From: Paraspadella gotoi
Taxonomy: Eukaryota; Animalia; Chaetognatha
Direction: 5' to 3'
NCBI GenBank assembly: GCA_051294375.1
Contig: CM119263.1
Location: 24,423,447-24,487,446 of the forward strand
Length of the DNA: 64,000 nt
Position numbers and translations under genes: made by a program. Each line of letters starts with the position of its first letter. Positions within the stretch are counted from its first letter, which is position 1. Under the pieces are notes generated by a model. The model ran no database searches. It was not told where the DNA came from and saw only the letters and a program-made list of their open reading frames with translations. Of this stretch, positions 26,701 to 42,820 are shown in pieces.

Positions 26701-28928
26701 CTTGCTTGTCTTCCAGGAATCGCCGATGTAGGCGTCCAGCGTCCGGATTAACGACCTGGCAGAGCACCTTGTGATAATCCTCCCAGGCGGCCAGGCGACA
26801 CTGCTCGGAGCAGTAGCATTCGTGACCGCATCGATCGCATAGCTCCTGCGCCTCGTTGGGCCAGTATTGCGTTACGATATCTTTGAGGTTTTCTGGATTT
26901 CGATTAGATAATTGAAAAGAAGCAAAATATCACTTCGCTTCAGTTTTATGACATAGTCCCCTAATTTGATCCGTCTACGTTTAAATTTTGTACCTGGCAT
27001 TTCTTTCCACTTTTCTTTAAAAACGTTCTCCGGCATGGAGGCGTCCATGCCGCAGTTGTAACACGCATAACACTCGATGGAAGTTTCTATCGTTTGAATA
27101 TGAATTGCAGCGAAGTCTCTCAGAACCACCTTTTTTTTAATTAAAGAGAGAGAGTGATTATAAATTATTAAAATCGAATTAATGCGGGGAAGGACGAAAA
27201 CGGAATGGGAAGCAGTCGGTTTGGCATCATTGGAAAACAAGTAAATATAAAATTTTGCAAAGCCAATGGCTACGAAGCTTACCGTTTATAAAAAAAAAAA
27301 CTGTTAAAAAAAATACGGGCCGGAGCGACAGAAGTGCCGAGGCACTAACCTCTCCTTCGGGGATGTAATCTCTGGCGTAAATCCCGCGAATCATTTCCGT
27401 TGTAAATCTTACTTCAACCTAGAAAATCGAAGAAAAAAAACCAAAGTTTTTTTTTTCATAGTTCCAACTGGTTGCTGATGGAAGGAAATATATTATATTT
27501 AGCCTTATCTAATTTCGTGAGAACCCAATTTTGGATAAGAATAGCTGGAAAATCCAATATATACGCAAAAATGACAAAAATAAAATAACGGAAATATTAA
27601 TAATAAGGATGATGACAATTAGGATCCTTGTATTTTGATGCTGTTGTCTTGTAAGTGTGATGGAGGCCTTAAACCACCATAGCCTGTGCAGTGTGCTAAG
27701 TCAGGGGCAAGATAGCTTATTTATTGAATGAATGAATAATTTTATATTTGTTGTACCAATTTCATTTATTAAATTGGTACAATTAAAAATTTCCCACGCA
27801 TTAAAAAATTAAGCTATCTTGCCCCAAGATTTGAACATGGTTTCTAATATGAAGAGAATTGATTTATCGCATCCGTTTTGATCCCTAGCCCAAAAAACCT
27901 GCAAATTGGTGCTCAACGGGTCGTAGTGTCTCTTTGTCCTCGTTTGCTGAAACAACAGTAGCGTTTCTTCATCATCTTCCTCCGCAGCTTTCGTCGCCGT
28001 CCGGAGCCAATGTTCGGCGGCAACGTAAAAACCCAAAGAGGCCAATATTTTTCCTATTATCAAAAAGCCAGGGTCTGAGTATTATCCAACGCTAGCAGGT
28101 GTCATGGTTTCATCAGGTAAAACGCGATCAGTGAAAGGATTCGAGGCACACCACACTTTTTCCTCCATCGCATCAAATAACCCAACTAGTATAACAACAA
28201 CAACCCTTTTATTCTTTTCTTTTTGAATTATGGGACCTAAACTTTCAAATCGCCAAACATGAACATATATCATAAATATTAAATAATTTGGATTAAGTAA
28301 GAAGTACAGATGACGTTCAATTCGTCAAAGCGACCAGTCAAATTTCCCCCGTGCGTTCCTACCTCCTAATTTTAACACTTCTGGAGTTCTCAGGCCCCTT
28401 TCGATGTTTGACAAAAAACGATACGCCTCTTTCAATTTTCCCAAATCGTACAGAACGGAGGCGTACTTGAACCAGTACTCGACTGTTTTTCTGTCCATTT
28501 GAATGGCCTTTAAATACCATTGGGATGCTTTGGTGATGTTGCCTAGGAAAGAAAATATGACGCGTTTTTCCTCTTAGAATATTTTTGTTTGGCACTGGGC
28601 CACGAAATGAGCTTCCACCTTGTTGAATGTACGAATCTCCCTTTTTGGCAATTTTTACTGCTTCTTGCGGATCGTTGAGTTTATCCGAGAGACACGGTTT
28701 TGACGTGAAGCCAATTTCGTCGAGACGGCGAGATTCGCTGGACCGAGAGAAAGCCGAAGTAGTTGATCAAGTAGGGTGATATTTATGACCATGAGATTTA
28801 AATTGAAAAACGTAAGATATGACGTTTTATTACCTCAAAAATAATTCTTTGTCACCGAAGTAAGGATTTTGGGGACACATACGAAGCGTTTCAAGTGCCG
28901 ACGGGGGATTAAACGGATCGCCCATCAT
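23730..28928 (-). CDS. SMYD-family lysine methyltransferase: N-terminal TPRs, split SET with MYND finger, post-SET, second C-terminal MYND finger
   Basis: Ten phase-consistent exons: 28928-28834, 28737-28619, 28542-28363, 28053-27899, 27418-27350, 27129-26994, 26892-26591, 25942-25782, 25304-25121, 24179-23730. Motifs: TPR GNITKASQWYLKAIQMDRKTVEYWFKYASVLYDLG; SET-N RGIYARDYIPEGE; MYND CYACYNC...CDRCGHECYCSEQCRLAAWEDYHKVLC; SET-C LNHSC..NC and ISYI; post-SET FECKCPLC; second MYND CLHC...CSRCKRAWYCSADCQRANWKAGHAVVC. Confidence 0.9.
25472..25710 (+). mobile_element. ~230-nt highly structured element (SINE/retrozyme-like) carrying a twister motif, in SMYD intron 8
   Basis: GC-rich island in an AT-rich intron. 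Visible helices: CTCCCGTATAGC/GTTATCGGGAG (closing), TTGGTGAA/TTCACCAA, CCGTGAG/CTCACGG and GATGCC/GGCATC, plus the twister fold. Confidence 0.55.
25580..25663 (+). ncRNA. Twister self-cleaving ribozyme, circularly permuted type P5
   Basis: P5 GCTGGT/GCCAGT; P2 GTGT(25591)/ACAC(25611); L1 GATGG and TAA (predicted U|A cleavage at 25608|25609); short P1 TGTCGGCG; GC(25615) pseudoknot with the loop GC; P3 CAGTGAC/GTCACTG; P4 AGG/CCT; L4 TCCAAAGC, whose CCA pairs with TGG of GATGG (a compensatory variant of canonical UCCCAAGC/GAGGG). Confidence 0.8.
26180..26240 (+). ncRNA. Short type P5 twister-ribozyme copy (slightly degenerate), SMYD intron 7
   Basis: ATCTTG-TAA-GAGT-GATGG-AGGTCA-TAA-ACC-AC-CAAAG-CCTG-TCCAAAGT-CAGG-GG-CAAGAT. 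P5, P4 and both pseudoknots (TGG/CCA, AC/GT) are intact; the P1 palindrome and P2 are partly mutated. Confidence 0.65.
27646..27713 (+). ncRNA. Short twister-family copy with disrupted L4 (probably inactive), SMYD intron 4
   Basis: GTCTTG-TAA-GTGT-GATGG-AGGCCT-TAA-ACC-AC-CATAG-CCTG-[TGCAGTGTGCTAAGT]-CAGG-GG-CAAGAT. The loop is 7 nt longer and lacks CCA. Confidence 0.6.
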
Positions 28929-29966
28929 TAATATTACCTTTAAAAACTTTCTCGCTAGCTTTGCGAAATATCTATGATATCCAGACACCGGTGAGCTTAA
29001 ACGCATCATGAATCTTCAGCAGCATCCTTCGTCGATCGAGCGTTGTTATGGTTACGGCAATACTTTAGAAACTCAAAATCAAATTTCTCTTTCCCGGATT
29101 ATTAGCTCGAGATCATTATGTATTCGTGTAATGCAATAAAAGACTAACTGACCTACAATTTGAATAACTTACGCCAAAACAATTTGTTAGAAGAACGATT
29201 GTGCGCGATTTATTTATTATAGCATTCATGCATAAATTCAGCAGTGGCATTACTAGATTCTCTAGTTCAATAATTCCTTTATCCTCTAATCATTAATTCT
29301 TGTGGCTCATCAAGCAAAATTGTAAAGAGCCATTAACAAAGCATTAAATTTCAAGCAACAAGTAGCTAGAAACTAGCAATTTCCACCCAGTTCGCTAAGA
29401 ACCATAGTTTGAAAAAAAGTAGCAATCAATCATACCAGCAGTAATACTGCCAGTATGACCAAATCAGATTATCTACCAATTTTCAAATTATGTCACGTTT
29501 ATGAATGAACTCTGGGCGATAACAAACAAATTCATTTAACAACAGTAACAATTCAATAAACTGGTAATGGCAACGCATTTGAGGGATGCTCCAAGGATGA
29601 CAAAATCATAGTTTTAACTAAGTCTATATGTAATTTGTAGGGATCAACACTCAAATTAAGCCTTGTTATGAGATCCGAATTTTAATTTTTTTCACAAGCG
29701 TTTTGTCAATAAAAAGGGTTAACAAACTTAACTGTAAATATTTTAGAATTTCTTCAAAAATCCGAAATTTCCGATTTAAACATTTTCGCTGAAAATATTC
29801 TCGTAGTGAGAGTATAGAAACGTCCGATCAGAGGTTTAGCCAACGAATGAGCCACAAGTTAATCCATATTTTGAAAAGACTATTCAAAGATACTTCATGG
29901 TAAGCAGAAATACTTTAAATATATTTGCTAGAAATATACTTGCTAAGAAAAAAAAAAACGGGTGAT

Positions 29967-31649
29967 TTAAGCGAGACGTTTTTCGTCCTTTTCGTCATTG
30001 TTGGACTTCGAGTCGTTTTCTTCAGGGTTGAGAGGAAGCGTTGCACAGAAAGGGATTTCCATATCATTCTCTGGTGCAACTCGATTGGGGACGACTTCTT
30101 CGGTGTATACGCTCGCAACCACTTGGGCGATTTCAGGCCAAGACACATTCTTGCAGTCATCTAGACAAGCGAAAAATCCGAAGGGACAAAGTTCATCAGA
30201 AATCAGAAAAATAAACACCGATAAGTAAACAAAAATCACCTGGTGCGTACGCATAGAACGTGTTCTTCGCCATTGTATATAAACGCCCGTTTTGTCTTAT
30301 GGTTTCTGGAATATAGTTGGACAGATCAGGAGAAATAGGAATCGTCAAAAATTCGGAGTTGCTCCGGATAGGTTGTTCTTCAGTAGATTCTTCAACTTGC
30401 TGTTCGCTGGAAATAAAATCATAAAATTTATAGCAATATACGCAGCCAACAAACCCGACGGGCGAAGATTTCAATTTCCCGCTTGTATTTCATTTTCCGC
30501 TAGACCTCTCCTTTTTAAAATTTCATAGCTCGGCTTACCATTTTTTTTCCACAGTACATGCCACAATAAAGAATATAAACAATCCTGTTTCCTGATTCAA
30601 CCTGTTCCTGTAACATAGTAAGTTACATACCAATCTTCGGGTTGGTTTTCCGATGTTGAAGCCACAGCAATAACATCCGAGTTAGACTCTTGCGACAAAG
30701 GGAGATGAAACAATAGTAAGCGTTTCTTTTTAAGTGTTGTAAAAAGCTTGAGGTATGATCGTTGAACAGGTTTATGGTGGCTTAATAAAACGTCGGCTTC
30801 TTCAACAGGGAACCATTTCCGTCTCCTTCCTGTAATGATAATACGTTGGTGAAAAATATAAGATTATTCTATTTGAAAAGCTAAAACAAAATCTTAAGAT
30901 TTTAATACGACGTTTAAGTGTGAAGGCATTCCTGAAGATTAATCCGTTCTTGAAGTCTATGGGAAAAGGAAGAGCAAGGTTTTTTTATAATAAATTAACG
31001 GAAAAACACTAACTTCGTTTTTCATCCTTTCTCTTCATTTTCCCATAGGCCTTTAGAAGGTATTAAATTTAAAATCCAGGATCGCCAAAGGGAGTTGTCA
31101 AATATACTAATACCGTTGCTATTTTATTTGAGAAAATGTTAATTCTATGCTTAAAAATATCTTAAAATATCTCGTACCAAGCATTCGAGATTCTTCCCAA
31201 TCCTCTGCGAGTTCTTCAACAATCAATTCAAACACTGCGGTTCTATGTTTTCGCTCGTTATTCTGAATAGACAAAGAATAATTCATGAACCCGTCACAAG
31301 ATCAATGAATCTGAGAATTAATTACCTGAAAAACGCCAAGAAATCTTATGATCTGGCCTTTTACTCCCGCTTCTTCCCAAACTTCTCGCGTTGCAGCGAC
31401 TCCAGGATCCTCCATGGGCTCGATGCCTCCACCGGGAATGACCCAGTGATTCGTAAATCGTGAACTTGAGATCAGAAGTATCTGAAAGTGAAAGAAAACA
31501 TTTTTAATATTTACAAGCTCTTATTTTCAAGGAGTCAATATCTCGGTTACCTCTTCTTCCGTCCTGTCTTTAAAACATATACAAGCGGCCCTTTGCCGAA
31601 ATCCATCCCCATCGTAAGTGCGAGCTTGGCCAATTTTTTCCTTCACCAT
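29967..31649 (-). CDS. NUDT3: Diphosphoinositol polyphosphate phosphohydrolase (DIPP; NUDT3/4/10/11, Aps-like Nudix hydrolase) with C-terminal extension
   Basis: Exons 31649-31551, 31481-31326, 31262-31178, 30829-30631, 30406-30240 and 30160-29967 join in frame: MVKEKIGQARTYDGDGFRQRAACICF...HWVIPGGGIEPMEDPGVAATREVWEEAGV (Nudix box)...ERKHRT...GRRRKWF...HKPVQRSYL. The symbol denotes the family; the paralog cannot be assigned. Confidence 0.9.
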
Positions 31650-32421
31650 CTTAGTCCATGTTGTGACTTTTATCGAGGATAAAGAACTGAGAAATAAAAA
31701 AGTGCAAGAAAACGCATTGGAGAAATATTACCGAGCGACGCAGATCATCCCAGCCACCGAGAAACAAACTATGATTTCGAAATTGTTAAAATCCAGAAAT
31801 GATTTCGAGCGAAGCCAAATGTTGCCCGCTTACCTAATTAATCGAGAGGGAATTTCTTTTTTCCCTCTTGGGTGCGGATCGGCAGAAACCCTTCAATCCG
31901 CGACCATCTCCACTCTTTGACGACGTTGGTCCGAGAAAGCAATCAAATTTCCCGAGAGGCACTTTTAAATCACGTTAATTTTGTTTTCGCCACAAACCGC
32001 ATATTTTCAGTCGGATCGAGCTTCGAATCTTCGATGGGCCCGAGCCATTTCACTCTCGCTTGCAGTCGCACTCGCTCTCTCTCCCACTCTCGCTCTCAAT
32101 CGCGCTTGAGAATCAAAAAGCCGAAGAAAAATATTTCGAATATCTCTCTCTCTCTCTCTCTCTTGAGTTGATTTTCTACCAATGGCCCGCTTTCGGTCGG
32201 CGCCTAATGACCTTCGGGCGGACACTGACCCCTTGGAAGGGCTGGCGACGCCTGACGTCGGGCGCGAGCGGGACGGATCCTCGGGAAGGGCTAGACTGCA
32301 TGGCGGATCATCGACGTAATATGGCCGATATGGGAAGGCATTGGAGTCCAAAGGTTTCGACAAGGTCGATATCGTCCGAAGGAAAAAGAAGGATAAAAAT
32401 AAACTCTCCCACACATACGGG

Positions 32422-32460
<39 letters not shown>

Positions 32461-33161
32461 AAGAGAGAGACGTTGTTTACACCGAGTTGGTCTCTTCCCC
32501 TCGTGTTTTCCCGTTCCTCTTCGTTCCTCGTCGTGCCTGGCCGTGCCCGATCTGCTCCATCGGGGCCGTGCCTCGCCTCAGTCTCGCCTCCGCTTCGCTA
32601 CTCTTCTCCAATGGCCATTCCGCTCCTCTCGCTCCCCTCGGCCAGCTGAGTCACGCTCCTCTTCGCCACGTCGCTACCCCTGCCGATGCTGAGAGAAACA
32701 TCCTGGTTCCTGGAGGCAGAATCCAGATTAAAATAGAAAAACCTGTTGTCCTTCGTTCCTTCTTTTTATCGTTCGTCCGTTCGTCCATTTGTTTGTTCGT
32801 TCATTCGTTCGTCTCCCTGATTGTTCTCCTGCTGATTAAATCACTTATTTCTTCGTGAATAAAGGTTCGAATGACTCAATTTAATCTCGATGAGCTGGCA
32901 ACGGTTGATCTGGGGATGGGCCGCCTATGTTTCTTCATGATCTTTTCTGAGGGAGTAAATTATTTCGTAAAGGAAATATTATACGTTCATGTGGGTGCCG
33001 AATAAATTAAAATTCCCAACTTTACTTTGTTTGATAAATCATTAATTTTTATCAATAATCGTTTATATAAGTTGCTGAAAGACTCATGTACTATACGTTG
33101 AACCGGACGGACAGTCATTCCAGAAAGTTGGAAAATTGTTTCAATAATTAAACCACTAAAG

Positions 33162-37746
<4,585 letters not shown>

Positions 37747-38070
37747 AATGTAACGTTTATGTTCATGTCGATGGTGAGTGTTTTTCCGCTTTACTACTAC
37801 TAAAGTGCTATAACTACATAACTACATACCTAATAGCAATCGCCTTTTAGAACAATGCCTCGATCAACCATCTTGGCTCAATGAGCCTTTTCATGAGCTC
37901 ATTAATATAAACCAAAACTGCAAATTTGCATCTCAACTTAGATAATATTAGAACAACATATTATGCGTATTTGCTTGCTAATTGTGTGGTATGCTTCTCA
38001 TCGCTTTAAGAGGGAACGTTATGGACGTAGGTATTTGAAGTGGAATGGGGAATGGGAATACTAACATATA

Positions 38071-38788
38071 CAGAAGGCTTCATATTATAAAATGTGGTAC
38101 CCCTTTTTTGTGACCAGAATCTGTTCCCACCAAACTACCCGATCAAATTTAATGAAATTTTACATTTAGAGTGCTAATGACTATATAAATGGAACTATCA
38201 AGTCTAATTTTGATATTCAACCCCTGACCAGAGATACGGGGCCCTGGGGGTGGACCCCTGGGGGGGCAAAAAATGCTAAATTTTTTTTTTCATTTTTTAA
38301 GTAGCATCAGGTGCATTGACGTTTTAAACATAAGAAAAAAACATTTTAGAACTAAAATTGATAAATTTGCAATAATTAAGCATGGTTGAAGAAGCATGGT
38401 TCATCGTTTTACTTCCAATTTTTCCAAATTATTCCAAATCTGACTTTAACTGCTGATGTTCATGAAGCTAAAAATTAAAGTAAATGAATATTTTTGAGGT
38501 AATAAATACGTTTTTGTAGAAGAATAAACGTCTGTGCAACTGTTCAAAACAAAAATAATAAAAAAAATTGAAACAAATTTTGACCATTTTTTGTCCCCAT
38601 GGGTGACCCCCCGGGGGGCCCATATCTCGGCTCAGTGGTCAAATATTGAAATTCGCCTCGATAGTTTTATTAGTATTCACATAGGGATCGTTCATTCCAA
38701 ATTTCAATAAATTTGGTCCAGTAGTTTTCTCGGAACGAGTTCTGATCACAAAAAAGGGGTACCACATTTTATAATATGAAGCCTTCTG
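38071..38788. mobile_element. Tc1/mariner-type MITE with TA target-site duplication downstream of the RSK stop
   Basis: TA|CAGAAGGCTTCATATTATAAAATGTGGTACCCCTTTTTTGTGA ... TCACAAAAAAGGGGTACCACATTTTATAATATGAAGCCTTCTG|TA. Perfect >40-bp TIRs, and looser symmetry continues ~200 bp inward. Confidence 0.9.
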
Positions 38789-40351
38789 TAGTTGATTAAA
38801 TACGAATTTTTTAACTATCTATTGGTGTTAAACCATTTTAGAAATATGTAGTAATTTTTTTAATTATATGCAGTCCATAAGTCAACTGCAATACCATCCT
38901 TATAGAAACATTTGACTGAGAACTATACCATCCATTATGCCCTCTATACAGGCAAAATATCGATTGGCTGATCACTGACAGGCATTAATAATTATATAGA
39001 AGTTATAGTAATATTATTTGAATAAAATACTGCTGTTGCTTTCGATGATAAGTATGAAGGTGCAAAAGCTTCCCATAATATTGTCACCGCAGTCAAGAGC
39101 AGTTAGAAAGCCATAAAAAGTCATTTAATGATTTTTACATAATTTTTATTTCATTGTGTATTTTTTGTGAATCATATTTTTAATATATCTTAAGTCCACA
39201 TTATAAAATGTACATTTCTTCTTGTTAAAGATCATGTTTTTATTTTTACACAATGTGTTTAAACGTGTTTACCCAAGTTTGAAGGGAGAAAAATTGTTGC
39301 GCTATCACCTTTGCTAAAATGTTTCATCCTTGATAGCCCTCTCAAATCTATAGAAAACTTTAAAAAATAGCCATAGTATCTCAGATCGATGAATTATATT
39401 TCTACTGTGATCTTACTTATACTGTAAACAGTGGGTTTTCTTGTAAAAAGAACGATTTTGAACATAGATATTTGTGTCTCAACATTAATTATCAGATCAA
39501 TGTAACTATTCGTTCATTTGATAACTTGGGCAAATATCACTCTTAATGGAATACCTTCTATGTTTCTTTTGTTGCTTTGTAATATCTTTTCTCTTAAATG
39601 TTCCTTAATTCTCGTTATGTATTCGGTAGGTTCACCGAATTTTTGTTTGTGATATTGTAAATATAAAATTTACGCTGAGGTACTATTTCAAACGGTAGTG
39701 AACTTTCGTTTCAGATTAGCATTCGTTTTTTCTTCTAGTCTCGATTTAAAATTCATGAGAAAATATGTTAGCATTAATATTATAAATATATTGGGGTTGA
39801 AAGGCTGTTTTCAACTGTGATTATTGCACGTATTTCTAGTCTTAATAAAATGCCTTTTTTTACTGAGAATCATGTCTAAAGATCAAATTAATGATTAATG
39901 TTTAATCTTTGAATAATCTTTATCACCCCAACTGTTTCTCAAATGTTAGCATTTTCCGATGTTCCGAAACTTTTAAAATCTTTATACGGTTCATTTATTA
40001 AAGTTTATGTATATAATCAGTTTATTTCTTTCCTGTTTGAGTGAGTGATACTGCTAGATATTAAAACCGGTTGAATTTAATTACGAATTGAAGCTAGGCC
40101 AAGGATAAAATTTCAAAGGGTATACCAATCCTCGCATCAGCTGTCGGGCGAGCCTCCGCACATACCGCACGAATCCCGAATTTTGCTGTGCACGAATCTA
40201 ACCCAAGCTTCGATGCAAAACAACCAATCAGCGACTTGTAACGAACGGAACAGCGTTGAAATTTATATTACAATTGTTATTCTTTGAAGTGTATTCTGTA
40301 AACATTACCCCTAGATAATGAACGCTCTTTGGCTCACTCAAATTGCTAACG

Positions 40352-42121
40352 ATGGACACTGGCCTCTACACGATTGCGGGTGCGGGATCTGCCGTATCGC
40401 GATTAAAAAAATAGAAAAAATTGGGATGTAGAACAAAGAATCAAAATATTTGTACGCATTTTCTAATATTTTCATCACTAAAATGGAATTAATTTCGTCA
40501 GTAGCCTTTGCTAATCTCACCGTTCCCGTTCCATATTCTGCCTCGAACCAAACTGCTTACAATACTACATTCTCTCAAAATGAGGTATAACTTTGCTATA
40601 AATTTGAAAAAATTGTTAAAATGACTACAAAGGATATTTTATAAGTACTTAAAAGTTAATAGTAATTATTAGTTAAATAATCTAGTGTAGAAGACGAAAA
40701 TAGTAAGTCGCCTCACTAGGTCTTTTTCTTATGTTCAAATTGTCATTTCATTAAACGAATTTTAATAAAATATATTCTCATCTTCAACGTATAGTATTCG
40801 TGTTAGTATAGTGATTCATAAATCGTACGTATATCGTTATCAGACGCCGCCGTGGGTACGACAGCCCCACAGAGGCAGATATGGATACGATCCGACTTGG
40901 TTCCAAAAACGCCAATTCGTGTACAAAAGCCAAATGCAAAGCCGCCTTCCGTACATCGTGGTGACTTTGGCTGTCATCAAAGTCATGTGCTTTATTTACT
41001 TGGGGAAGGTCAACTATTCGAATAGGTACGAGCTCTATAGGAGTATGTTTTTCGAGAATAAAATAACTATTTTGGTTTCTACAAGATGTTTGTAGAAGTT
41101 TGTATGTACGAAGTTATTAACCGTATAGTAAAAGCTAATCTTACGTATATCGCCAGACCCTTGGACGTCGACGTGTCGTGGCTGAGAAATCTAAACAGAC
41201 GCGCCATGTTTTGGCGTTATCAAGAGGAACGGGACCGATTTCGTCCCCTTGCCGCCGCCGCAGCCTCGTCGAGGAGAAACTCCCGCCCTCTCTCTGGCGG
41301 ACCGCGAAGGAGAGAGGGCTGTCTAACGGAAGTAAGAACGCCGCCGCAAGACGACGGTAACTCGGCGGGAACAGCCGCTTCCGAGGGGCGCGTTGGCTGC
41401 CGACCTCGAACCACTTCCGCCGACGACTCTGCCATCGAATCGGCTCAGGATCGGCGGAGACGGCGGCGTCGGGAGCGGCGACGCCGGCATACTTCGCTAA
41501 CCGATTGTCCTCGTTCGTCGTCTTCGCCACGTGGGCGACGTGTGGATCGAGATTCACGCGATCTGCCTTCATACAGTGAGGCCGTATTAGTGCTGGGATG
41601 CAAGACTGAGACGTCGTGGGAGGGGCTCCCGCCGCCGCCGCCTTATCAGGAAGCTGTTCGAGTCGCCGACGCCGCCGCAGGAGAAAATGGGGAGAGGAAT
41701 AGGTCAGCGGATTTTAAAATAATTAAAAAATATACGTATATCAATTTTCCAATTATTCATAGTAGATTTGGAGAATTGTAAAATCAACTTAGCCAAACAT
41801 AAAAGTAATTATCAACGTAATCTTAACATTATAATTATTCCTTATTTTACTTGACAAATTCCATTTAGATGCCAATCCGTGACTTACCCGGCTTCCCGCC
41901 TCTCACCATCACCTTCTCCTCCTTTGCACTCTCCGCCGCCTCATTCTCCCACTTCGCCACTCCCATTCGCTGAATCGCCCGCGACAGCCGAACATCCCCC
42001 GCCATCCTATGCAGCCGACAACGACGAGCTCGACGACACTATGAACACCGTCGTCGTCGTCGTTACTCCACAGCTTCCAACTTACGAAGAAGCGACAGCT
42101 CCCAACCACATAGAGATTTGA
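40352..42121 (+). CDS. Single-pass membrane protein with multiple PY (PPxY/LPxY) motifs; putative NEDD4-family ligase adaptor
   Basis: Exons 40352-40379, 40502(or 40505)-40584, 40844-41025, 41157-41702 and 41869-42121 join in frame. N-terminal sequons NLT/NQT/NTT; hydrophobic LPYIVVTLAVIKVMCFIYLG; cytoplasmic LPSY, PPPY, PPSY and LPTY. The first exon is least certain. Confidence 0.7.
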
Positions 42122-42820
42122 CGAGCTCGCTTCATTTGACAAATCAATTTTTTTGAACGAATTTTTTCAATTTTTTTGTAACGCGTTCTTAAGTGTCATG
42201 TAGCAACTATATACTATGTAACAACTACTACGAATCCACAGATTATAAGGCGGAGGATAATTTAAAAAAAAAATTTATAGTAACCAATAGTTCGTTAGTC
42301 CTGTATGATCACCTTTTCCTCCTTTCTCAAGTCATAATTGGTATTCAAAATGAAATTGATCACCAATCAAGTTTCTAGTCATTGGTGTCTTTTTCAGTAA
42401 TCACGAAACGTACAAGCGGTGCTAATCGCACACCAATTCAATGTGCAAAGTCGGCGTATTTGCTTTATTTCAAAAGCAAAGTTTTTCTTACATTATCTCG
42501 ATTCTTGTTACGTACAGCTTGCCGCTTTTTTTAACTATTTATTTACTTAGAGAAAAGACTTGCTACAGCATAACAATTGTCGTGTTTCTGCATTGTTATT
42601 TTTAATACAATTGGATTTCGGAAATCGCGTATTTTGTATTTAAAAAGAGAGACTAGGAAAAAACTAGTACTACTATTATTTAAAATTCAGCTTGTAATCC
42701 TTAACTCGCTTTTATCCTCCCGGCATAAAAGGGACAAAAAACCCTTCTTTAATTTCGTTCTTTATCACTTTCTTGACTTAATTACTAAGGTTTTAAGTAT
42801 TTTTTTTTCCTATATATAAA

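Noticed and set aside
40118-40200. HDV-like ribozyme (GGTAT/ATACC, GCCTCCGC)
   Set aside because: L3 is too short and there is no P1.1/P2; probably promoter sequence (CCAATCA at ~40224).
40318-40351. ATG at 40318 as start of the PY-motif gene
   Set aside because: Phase at the 40379 donor leads to a stop in exon 2; ATG 40352 splices in frame.
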